A stretch of DNA of 64,000 bases from an uncultured delta proteobacterium (lineage in GTDB: Bacteria; Desulfobacterota; Binatia; UTPRO1): assembly GCA_963797545.1 (NCBI GenBank), contig CAWCPU010000010.1, positions 61,732-125,731 of the forward strand, written 5' to 3'. A program made the position numbers and the translations under genes. Below the pieces are notes generated by a model. The model did not search any database, had not been told where the DNA came from, and worked only from the letters and a program-made list of their open reading frames with translations. Of the stretch, positions 10,927 to 18,943 are shown in pieces. The first letter of the stretch is position 1. Every line of letters starts with the position of its first letter.

Positions 10927-11931
10927 CGGTGGCTCCCTTCCGCGGCGAGGTGTGGCTCTCCATACACCACCGCCGGGGAATTCGCAGCGGCGCGCCGCCG
11001 TCGTCGTTCCGAGGACGAGCAGGAACTGGCGCGGCAGATCGGCGCGCTCGATCTGACGAAAACCGGCGGCCGCGACCGCGGCACGAACGCGGCTCTCGGG
11101 AATCGCGTGCGCCTCCGGATGCCACTCGGCGGCGGGTCGATCGACGATGACGAGACGGCCGCCGGGGCGGAGCGCACGTCGCACCGCCGCCAGCGTTGCC
11201 GCCGGATCGCCGAGCTCGTGGTAGGCGTCGACCAGCAGGACGGCGTCGACGCTCGTCGGTCGCAGGCCGGGATCCGTCACGGTGCCGTGTCGGACGCGCA
11301 CCTGCGGGTACAGCGCCGGTGGAAAGCGTCGTGCGAGCGCGCGGAGCGCGCCGGTATCGATGTCGACCGCGATCACCAGGCCGTCGCGGCCGACGCGCGC
11401 CGCGAGCCGGTCGGTGAAGTACCCGCCGCCGGCTCCGAGGTCGACAGCGGTGCCGCCGGCCGTGATCGCCATCGCGTCGAGAATCCGCTCCGGCTGCTGC
11501 CAGCCGTCGCGCTCGTACTCGAAGCGGCGCTGGTATCCCGCCGGCCGCGCGACCAGAGCCGGCTCGACCGTGAGCGCTGCACCGTCGCGTTCGACGGCGA
11601 GGCGAACCGTGACGCCCGGCCGGCGACGGCGGACCGCGCGAACGAGATCACTCGCACGCCGGATCGGTTGTCGGTCCGCGTCACGGACCAGGTCGCCGTC
11701 GCGAAGACCGGCGTCGGCGGCGGGACTGTCACGCGCGATGACGCCGAGACGCGCGGCGGGGCCGACCTCCGGCGGCGCATCGGATACGGCGACACCGAGC
11801 CATCCAGGGTCCGCGAGCGATCCGACGGACGTCAGCGCGAGCACCACGAGCGCGGCGGCGACCGCGTGCGACGTGATGCTCGTCCGATTCGCGGCCGGGC
11901 GCCTGGCGCCGGCAGGTGCATGGGACGTCAT
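10923..11931 (-). CDS. Signal-peptide + PDZ + class I SAM methyltransferase protein
   Basis: Hydrophobic leader; WLGVAVS..SPAADAGLRDGDLV PDZ; RDGWQQPERILDAM..VDLGAGGGYF..IAVDID..VLLVDAYHEL methyltransferase. The 3' end is uncertain: removing one base near 11010 gives a stop at 10923 overlapping the SDR ATG. Confidence 0.75.
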
Positions 11932-11967
11932 CGCCGACGAAGGCCGGCTACCGGAATCGCGACCCGG

Positions 11968-13098
11968 TCAGCTGGCCGCAGTCTTCGCCTCGAACCAGTC
12001 GAGGATCGCGGGGTTCTCACTGCGCGGGTAGGTGTGCGACAGCTCGGGAAGCTCGCGGTACGTGAGATCGGCGCCGGCCTCCGTAAGGAGGTCGCGGGTC
12101 ATGCGCGCATACGCGACCGGGAAAAGGAAGTCGCGCGCCCCGTGCACGAGATAGATCGGGACGCCCGACGCGCGCGTGAGGTTGCCGTTGCTGAAGCTCA
12201 CCGGGTGGAACACCCCGCAGCACGGCGCGAGGGCGCGAAACGTCTCCGGGTGAGCGAGTCCGTAGACGAGACTGAACGTGCCGCCGTCGGAAAGGCCGGT
12301 CAGCAGCACGCGGTCACGGTCGATCGAGTAACGCGCGGCGATCCACCCCAGGATCTCGAGCAGGCCACGTTCCTCGACCGCGCTCCACGTCGAGGCGACG
12401 GCCGTCGGCGCAACCAGCACGTACCCGCGGCGGCGGGCGTCGCGCAGCCACGACCACAAGAAATCGCGGCCGTTTCCCGAGCCGCCGTGCAGGGCGACGA
12501 TGACGGGCCAGGCGCGCGCCTCGTCGTAGATCTCCGGAACGTAGAGCGAGAAACCACCGTGGTGACCGCCCGCCGACACGCGCACGAGTGGACTCCGCCC
12601 AGCGCCCAAGGAAGGCGTGTCGCGAGACGGAGCCGCGTTCGAGGCGAGAGGCAGGGCGGTGCTCGTGATCGCCGGATGCGACCAGTAGTCACGGAAGGCA
12701 GGCAGCAGCTCACGCACGACGTAGAAGTGCTCTTGCGCCTGCGCGTGGTGGTGGAGGGCCGACAGGATCTGCGCGACGCGCTCAGGCGGCGGCGCCGCAG
12801 GAAAGCTCGCGAACAGCGTCGCGCATTCGACGGCATGTCCGAACGCCGTCGCATAGATCGCATCGAAGCCGGCGAGGGCCTGCGGCGCGGGAGCGGCACC
12901 GAGCGCGGCGGCGGCGCCGGCGAGTCGGGTCGCGAACCGTTCGTGGATCGCGGCGGCCAGGGCGCCGGACCGCTCCGGCGCGAGCTCCTCGGCGACACGC
13001 TCCATGTCGGCGAGCAGCTCGGCGGCGACCTCACTGGTTCCGAGAACGGCGCTCAAGTACGCGCGCTCCTCAGGCGAGCGCTCGTCGTCGGGAATCAC
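11968..13098 (-). CDS. Phospholipase/carboxylesterase-family alpha/beta hydrolase with extra N-terminal helical region
   Basis: VALHGGSGNG, TGLSDGG nucleophile elbow, LVHGARD, LSHTY. Confidence 0.75.
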   Translation of the reverse strand: MIPDDERSPEERAYLSAVLGTSEVAAELLADMERVAEELAPERSGALAAAIHERFATRLAGAAAALGAAPAPQALAGFDAIYATAFGHAVECATLFASFPAAPPPERVAQILSALHHHAQAQEHFYVVRELLPAFRDYWSHPAITSTALPLASNAAPSRDTPSLGAGRSPLVRVSAGGHHGGFSLYVPEIYDEARAWPVIVALHGGSGNGRDFLWSWLRDARRRGYVLVAPTAVASTWSAVEERGLLEILGWIAARYSIDRDRVLLTGLSDGGTFSLVYGLAHPETFRALAPCCGVFHPVSFSNGNLTRASGVPIYLVHGARDFLFPVAYARMTRDLLTEAGADLTYRELPELSHTYPRSENPAILDWFEAKTAAS

Positions 13099-13340
13099 CA
13101 GCCCTCCATGGGTGTCCCGCGGCCACGCCGGAATCGACCGAGCATCTCACACGTCGGCGTTGGACCGCCGCGCGCCGAGCGTGCTCCCGACGAGATCTCG
13201 CTCGCGGCCTCGCAGCAGACCGCGAGCCCGGCTCGCCGAGGCGAACGGAAGCTCGTCTGCGGGCATGGCGGGACAGTACTCGTCGCATCGGACCAGTCAA
13301 TCCGTTGCCTCGTCGCGGGCGATCTGCCAGAGCGACGCGT

Positions 13341-13865
13341 ATGAAGATCTCGTCGCCGCATTTGATCCTGCTCCTGCGTCACGGGATCGCGGAGGACGCG
13401 CAGCGGGGCCAGAACGATGAAGATCGTCGCCTCACCGGCGAAGGGAAGCGCAAGCTCCGTGAAGCGGTCGCGGGTATGCGCGCCGCCGACATTCCGGTGG
13501 GGACGATTCTCACGAGCCCGCTGCGTCGTGCGCGCGAGACCGCAGAGATCGTCGCGGAGGGCTACGAGCGGGAGGATGACATGACCGAATTGCCGGCGCT
13601 CGCGCCCGGTGGTCGCGCCGAAGCCGTCCTCGAGGTGCTCGGCGATCATCGTGACGCCGGCGGGAGCGTCCTCCTCGTCGGCCACCAGCCGGATCTCGGC
13701 GAGCTCGCGTCGACGTTGCTCGTCGGCACGCCGAGCTTGGTGCCGCTGCCGTTCCGGAAGGCGGGGCTCGCCGGGATCACCGTGCCGGCGTTGCCGCCGC
13801 GGTCGGCCGGCGTCCTCGAGTTCTTTCTGACACCCGGCCAGCTGCGAAAGATGGCGCGCACGTGA
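13341..13865 (+). CDS. sixA: Phosphohistidine phosphatase SixA
   Basis: LLLRHGIAED, DRRLTGEG, ILTSPLRRARETA, LVGHQPDL. Confidence 0.85.
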   Translation: MKISSPHLILLLRHGIAEDAQRGQNDEDRRLTGEGKRKLREAVAGMRAADIPVGTILTSPLRRARETAEIVAEGYEREDDMTELPALAPGGRAEAVLEVLGDHRDAGGSVLLVGHQPDLGELASTLLVGTPSLVPLPFRKAGLAGITVPALPPRSAGVLEFFLTPGQLRKMART

Positions 13866-14674
13866 GCGCGTCCCCGTCGGTGTCGGCCGGACGCATCCAG
13901 GCGCTCTGGCGGTATCCGGTCAAGTCGTTTCGCGGCGAGCCGCTCGATGCGGCAGAGATCACCGCCGCCGGCGTCGCTGGCGACCGCGCCTACGCCGTGC
14001 GAGATCGCGAGACCGGTCGCGTGCTGAGCGCGAAGCGGTGGGCGCGGCTCCTCGAGTGCTCGTCGCAGTACCCCGATGGTCCCGACGCGCCTCCCGCGAT
14101 CACGCTACCCGACGGAGGCACCGTCCCCGCGAGCGATGCAGCGCCTGCCTTGTCGGCATGGCTCGGCCGGGACGTGGAGATCGTCCGTGCCGAGGCTGGC
14201 GTGATGAGCGTGTTCGAGATCGCGATCCAGACGGTCGACGAGATCGAGGCCGGCGTCGACCAACTCGCGATCGATGCTGGAGACTACCCGTGTCCGCGCG
14301 GGTCGTTCTTCGACGCCGCGCCGTTGCACCTCGTGACGACGGCCAGCCTGACGGCGCTGCGATCTCTGCACCCCAGCGGCCGTTTCGACGTGCGTCGGTT
14401 CCGCCCGAACGTCGTCGTCGATACCGGCGATGCCGCCGGCTACATCGAGGAGGAGTGGGTCGGTCGGACCGTCGCGCTCGGCGGCCAAGCCCGCGCCTCG
14501 GCGCTGGTGAGCACGATCCGCTGCGTGATGACGACGCTGCCACAGGACGGACTCCCGAAGGACCCCAAGATCCTCCGCACCATCGCCCAGAGCGCCAACG
14601 GCAACGCCGGCATCTACGCGACGGTCGAGCTACACGGCCACGTTCGGGTAGGCGACCCCGTGCTGGTGGTATGA
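13862..14674 (+). CDS. MOSC domain protein
   Basis: LWRYPVKSFRGE, GVAGDRAYAV, FFDAAPLHLVTTASL, RRFRPNVVV, RCVMTT; GTG overlaps the sixA stop. Confidence 0.9.
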   Translation: MSASPSVSAGRIQALWRYPVKSFRGEPLDAAEITAAGVAGDRAYAVRDRETGRVLSAKRWARLLECSSQYPDGPDAPPAITLPDGGTVPASDAAPALSAWLGRDVEIVRAEAGVMSVFEIAIQTVDEIEAGVDQLAIDAGDYPCPRGSFFDAAPLHLVTTASLTALRSLHPSGRFDVRRFRPNVVVDTGDAAGYIEEEWVGRTVALGGQARASALVSTIRCVMTTLPQDGLPKDPKILRTIAQSANGNAGIYATVELHGHVRVGDPVLVV

Positions 14675-14791
14675 CTTTCAGCGTGGGCGCACGTCGACCG
14701 TGACCGACAATCAGAACTCATCGATATTGGCGCAAGCTCCGGTTCGCCCTCGTCATTCAATCCCGCGGCGGGCAATCCCACCGCGAGTGCG

Positions 14792-14809
14792 CTATATCGA
14801 ACGATATAG
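14792..14809. promoter_or_regulatory. Perfect AT-rich palindrome, candidate operator
   Basis: CTATATCG-AA-CGATATAG: 8-bp arms, 2-bp spacer. Confidence 0.45.
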
Positions 14810-15158
14810 AACTTGCGTGTAGGCTAGACCCTGATGGGAGCCCCTCCGGCTCTGACGGGGGGAAGAAGTTTGACGGGTCCGGGAGTCTACGGGTGGGGCA
14901 GGGGCCGCGACGTGACGACGATTGCCGCGAGGACGGGAGTCGGGGGAACGCAGACGACGCGGTGCACGACGGCAACCCCAGAAACATCGAGGCGCGCCCG
15001 ATCGGCAGTGGCGGTTACAGTCGTGTACCGCGCGGGCTTCGGAGTGGCGCGAACCGCGAGTTCAAGCGGGTCCTCCTGCGCATTTTCTTCATGCCGCTTT
15101 GAGCGGCTCCCACATTCGAATTCCCGTGGCTCTGCTGGCGGATGTTTAACACGCCAGG

Positions 15159-15173
15159 TGGTTTGCTACTTGC
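15159..15173 (+). promoter_or_regulatory. Weak sigma54-like -24/-12 element upstream of the ketosynthase
   Basis: TGG-TTTGCTAC-TTGC has GG-N10-GC spacing, but the TGGCAC core is not conserved. Confidence 0.25.
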
Positions 15174-15230
15174 CTTTGCAAACGCAGGTGAGGTATCAAG
15201 ACAGCACCCCTCGGAGAAAGTGCCCGCCGC

Positions 15231-16460
15231 TTGCGTCGCGTCGTGATTACTGGCGTTGGATGCGTGACGCCCTGCGGAATCGGTGCCGACGAACTTTGGT
15301 CGCGCATCGTCGCAGGGAAGTCCGGCATCCGCCCCGTCAGTTCGTTCAATCCTGCGGGTTGCGGCAGCCAGGTGGCCGGCGAGGTTTTGGACTTCAATCC
15401 GGAGGAATATCTCGCCCGACGTGAAGCCCATGCATTCTCCCGCTACCTTCACCTCGGCGTCGCCGCCGCGCGGATGGCATGGGACGATGCTGGTTCGCCG
15501 TCAACTGCCCTCGACCGCGATCGAGTAGCGGTTTGCATCGGCAGCTCTGTCGGCGCGACGGCGCACATCGTCAGCCAAGCGGCGATCTTCTTCGAGAAGG
15601 GACTCGACCGGGTACATCCGATGTTTCCGGTTCAGTACCCGGGGAGCTTTCCGTCGGAAGTATCACTAGCGCTCGGCCTTCATGGGCCCTCCTACGCTGT
15701 CTCCTCAGCTTGCACTGCAGGTGCGGACGCGGCAGGTATCGCGCTTGGCCAGATCGCTTCCGGCACACTTGATGCGGCATTGGTGGGAGGCAGTGATGCC
15801 CCGATTTTCCCGATGCTGTTCGCGGCATTCGATCGCATGCAAGCGCTTTCGCGATTGAACGACCCGCCTCACGCTGCGTCGCGCCCGTTTTCACGTGATC
15901 GAAACGGCTTCGTTCTGTCTGAAGGCGCCGGTATGTTGATGTTGGAGGCTGAAGAGATAGCTCGTGAGCGCGGTGCCAGAATCTACGCGGAGCTCGCCGG
16001 GTTCGGCGCAACTTCTGACGCGTATCATCACCTCACCCCAGCCCCGGAGGGGACGCAAGCTGCGCGGGCAGTGCAACTGGCGCTCCAACATGCAGGAGTG
16101 TTGCCGGACCAGATCGACTATGTGAATGCGCACGGAACGAGCACACAAAAGAACGATGCAATCGAGACCACCGTTCTGAAGAGCGTCTTCGGCAAGTACG
16201 CATATGACATCCCGGTGAGCTCTTCGAAATCGATGTTGGGCCACATGATCGGTGCATCAGCTGCCGTGGAGCTCATCATCTGTGCGCTTGCGTTGCGCGA
16301 TGGGATCGTCCCGCCCACTGTCAATTTGACCGAAGCGGATCCGAACTGTGATCTCGACTACGTTAGCGAAGGAGCCCGTCGAAAGCCGCTGCGAACCGTA
16401 GTCTCAACGTCGTTCGGCTTCGGCTCGAGAAACGCGGCTCTCGTCCTTCGTCAAGTGTGA
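15231..16460 (+). CDS. Beta-ketoacyl-ACP synthase (FabF/type II KS-like)
   Basis: RRVVITGVG; SSACTAG (Cys), VNAHGTST (His), SMLGHMIGA (His); SRPFSRDRNGFVLSEGAG; STSFGFG. TTG start after GGAGAAAG. Confidence 0.92.
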   Translation: MRRVVITGVGCVTPCGIGADELWSRIVAGKSGIRPVSSFNPAGCGSQVAGEVLDFNPEEYLARREAHAFSRYLHLGVAAARMAWDDAGSPSTALDRDRVAVCIGSSVGATAHIVSQAAIFFEKGLDRVHPMFPVQYPGSFPSEVSLALGLHGPSYAVSSACTAGADAAGIALGQIASGTLDAALVGGSDAPIFPMLFAAFDRMQALSRLNDPPHAASRPFSRDRNGFVLSEGAGMLMLEAEEIARERGARIYAELAGFGATSDAYHHLTPAPEGTQAARAVQLALQHAGVLPDQIDYVNAHGTSTQKNDAIETTVLKSVFGKYAYDIPVSSSKSMLGHMIGASAAVELIICALALRDGIVPPTVNLTEADPNCDLDYVSEGARRKPLRTVVSTSFGFGSRNAALVLRQV

Positions 16461-16469
16461 GGTCGTATT

Positions 16470-16721
16470 ATGGACGACGTGACTGAAAAGGTGCGCGAGA
16501 TTCTCGTAGTGGAACTGCAGGTCGACCCGCATCGCGTCGTCCCTGCGGCCAGCTTGCGGCGTGATCTTGGAATGGATTCGGTTGCGGCGCTGAACATCTT
16601 GTTCGCGACTGAAGAGACGTTCGGGCTAACGACGATCGACGTCACGGAAATCGCAACGGTTCAGACGGTCGCGGATGTCGAGCGGCTGATTCGGCGACAC
16701 GGCGCTGGGCACGCCTCCTAG
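16470..16721 (+). CDS. Acyl carrier protein
   Basis: 83 aa, DLGMDSVAAL phosphopantetheine Ser motif, EETFG, TVQTVADV; directly after the KS. Confidence 0.88.
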   Translation: MDDVTEKVREILVVELQVDPHRVVPAASLRRDLGMDSVAALNILFATEETFGLTTIDVTEIATVQTVADVERLIRRHGAGHAS

Positions 16722-16743
16722 CCGTCACGAAGACCGTTCCACC

Positions 16744-17433
16744 GTGCGAGCTCTCCAGCGGCTTGAACCGCCGCTCGCGAGGCTACTCCACTTGTACCTG
16801 GCGTCCGTCGCGAGACGGAGTTCGTGTCAGTGGGTAGACGCGGCCGGCAAACCGCTCGTGCACTCTGACGTGCAGCGATTCGCTGCGACCTTGAACGATC
16901 CCCAGCAGCGGACGATCTTGAGTTACTGGATCAGTGACGTCCTGACAGTCGCGATGTTGCCGCTGCTCTCCCCTGTCTTCGCAGAGGCGGTTCCCGGATT
17001 TCGCTGCCTCATCGATGATACGCTTGGCGGCCGGATCGGCGGGCACTACATCGCGAGCGTCGGCGGCACCTACGCCAGGTTGCCGCTCCCCGATGACCCA
17101 ATGCGCCTGACCGAGGTACAGAAGCTGTTGGCCGAGGGCGGATCGTACGCCTTTCCGGTGGACGGTGGTGGCCCGTACCGCAAGGTCGGCACTGGACTGA
17201 TCGGTCTTGCGCTGGGGCTGCGGGCTACGATCATGCCTCTCGCGGCTTGGCCGACGCGTGGAACAACGGTTGGTCCGCAGTCAAGAGTGCGAATGCCGCT
17301 GCCAGGCGCGCGAGTCATCGCTGCGATCGGCGCACCGATCGTGGTCCAGCGCAAGGGCGATCGACAGGCTAGTGCGCGGTCAGTCGAACGCGCTCTCGAC
17401 GCACTTGGGCAAGCCGTAGTTCGCCGCCACTGA
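16744..17433 (+). CDS. Divergent lysophospholipid acyltransferase-fold (DUF374-like) protein
   Basis: YAFPVDGGGPYRKVGTGLIGLA..ATIMPLA..MPLPGARVIAAIGAPIVV resembles DUF374 AITPDGPRGP..GI..LA..PIVP..FGEPI; the canonical WH motif reads YWI. Confidence 0.6.
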   Translation: MRALQRLEPPLARLLHLYLASVARRSSCQWVDAAGKPLVHSDVQRFAATLNDPQQRTILSYWISDVLTVAMLPLLSPVFAEAVPGFRCLIDDTLGGRIGGHYIASVGGTYARLPLPDDPMRLTEVQKLLAEGGSYAFPVDGGGPYRKVGTGLIGLALGLRATIMPLAAWPTRGTTVGPQSRVRMPLPGARVIAAIGAPIVVQRKGDRQASARSVERALDALGQAVVRRH

Positions 17434-17548
17434 TGCGCGAGGCCACGTCGTGACACAGCCTCCGTGGTGTTTTTGCGCTTGAGGGTGCCTCGGCGATCGG
17501 TATAGCCTCGACCTCATCGCGTGTGAGTTCCGCGCGAGCTACGGGTTC

Positions 17549-18943
17549 ATGACTCTAGATGCCTCTACGAATGCGCTGAATTTGCGCCGGCGTTACGTCG
17601 AAGGCTTGCTGACGCGAGTCGTCGGCTGCCTAGTATTCGGAGCCTACTTCGCGGTCGCCGCCTCTTTTCACATCGGACTGACGTGGCGAAATGGCGGTCC
17701 CGTCGTTTGGATCTGTCTGTTCCTCGTCGCAGTGAACGTCCCGTACTGGTTTCTCGGCAAGCGTACCGGTTTTTCGTTGTCGTACTTCTATCTGCACTGG
17801 GCAGTTGACCTGATCGGCATCACGAGCGTTATCTATTTCCTCGGCGGCATCGACGTTCCACTTATCCAATTTACGTATCTCACCATAATACTGACAGCTT
17901 CGAATTTCGTCTCGCAGCGAGCTGCATTCCATCTCGCTGCCGGCGCGACCCTCTGTTATACGCTGCTCGCGGTCGGCGAGAGTGCAGGCTGGTTCCCGCA
18001 CCAGAGCGGTGTGTGGGCACATCATTACAGCGCCGACACGCGAATCTTCATCGTCACGAGTTCAGGTGTCGTGTTCTTCGTCTTCGCGTATCTTGCGGGC
18101 ACGCTGTCTGAGCTCCTGCGGGCTGCGAACGAGGAGCTCGCGCGCACGAAGGCTCTCGTGGAGCAGCAGAATCTGCTCCTCGAGGAGCGTGTTCGAGACC
18201 GCACGCGCACGCTCGAGGCACGCACGCTCGAGTTGCAGGAGCGGACGGACGAGCTGCAGGAGCTGGTGCACATCGTCACGCACGACCTGCAGAACGTGGC
18301 GGTGGCGAGCACGGAGACGACGCGGAAGCTGATCGACATCGATGCGCCGCAGTTGTCCGATCGGGGACGGCGCTACGCGGATCGACTGCTGCGCGACTGC
18401 CGGTTGATGGCGACGATGCTGCGCAATCTACTCGAGGTGGTGAACCAGACCGAGGTTGCGGAACGGCGGGAGCTGGTCGACGTCGCGGCGGTCGTGCGTG
18501 AGTCGGTGGCCCGGGCGCAGTCGGCAGTCGAGAGCAAGGGGATCGAGATCGCCGTCGGCGACCTACCGCCGGTGGTGGCGGAGCACCAGAAACTTCATCA
18601 CGTCTTCGAGAACTTGGTGACGAACGCATGTAAGTACGTCGGTGACAAGCCGCACCCGCGGATCGAGGTCGGCGGGTTCCTGCAGAACGGCAGTGTCGAG
18701 TACTTCGTGCGCGACAACGGCATCGGCATCGAGCCCAGCCAGCTTGGACGGATCTTTCAGCTCTATCACCGCGCACCGGATCAGACGGTCGGCGGTGTCG
18801 TTCAGCAGGGCCACGGCATCGGGCTCGCGGTGGTCAAGCGCATCGTCCAGCGGTACGGCGGTCGATTGTGGGTGGAGTCGGTACCGGGCGAGGGCTCGAC
18901 GTTCCGACTGAGTTTTCCTCGCGAAGAGAGGATGGCGTCATGA
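17549..18943 (+). CDS. Membrane sensor histidine kinase with about 6 N-terminal TM helices
   Basis: TM region with DLIGITSVIYFLGG..YLTIILTAS, coiled coil, H-box THDLQN, N-box NLVTNACKY, DNGIGI, GHGIGLAVV. Confidence 0.92.
   Translation: MTLDASTNALNLRRRYVEGLLTRVVGCLVFGAYFAVAASFHIGLTWRNGGPVVWICLFLVAVNVPYWFLGKRTGFSLSYFYLHWAVDLIGITSVIYFLGGIDVPLIQFTYLTIILTASNFVSQRAAFHLAAGATLCYTLLAVGESAGWFPHQSGVWAHHYSADTRIFIVTSSGVVFFVFAYLAGTLSELLRAANEELARTKALVEQQNLLLEERVRDRTRTLEARTLELQERTDELQELVHIVTHDLQNVAVASTETTRKLIDIDAPQLSDRGRRYADRLLRDCRLMATMLRNLLEVVNQTEVAERRELVDVAAVVRESVARAQSAVESKGIEIAVGDLPPVVAEHQKLHHVFENLVTNACKYVGDKPHPRIEVGGFLQNGSVEYFVRDNGIGIEPSQLGRIFQLYHRAPDQTVGGVVQQGHGIGLAVVKRIVQRYGGRLWVESVPGEGSTFRLSFPREERMAS

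Noticed and set aside
10591-11931. Apparent PDZ-methyltransferase-SDR fusion protein
   Set aside because: The SDR has its own RBS and ATG at 10926; one extra base near 11010 explains the lost stop in a patch with four other insertions
14786-14813. dif/Xer-like site (AGTGCGCTATA-TCGAAC-GATATAGAACT)
   Set aside because: The left arm resembles XerC (8/11), but the right arm matches XerD TTATGTTAAAT at only 3/11
15100-15180. c-di-GMP-I (GEMM) riboswitch on the minus strand (GCAAACC...AGCCACGGG)
   Set aside because: No GNRA tetraloop or GG-ACGCAAAGCC core, and no downstream gene on that strand
14757-15424. Small ORFs or precursor peptide upstream of the KS
   Set aside because: No RBS, atypical codon usage, no leader or core motifs; they overlap each other on both strands
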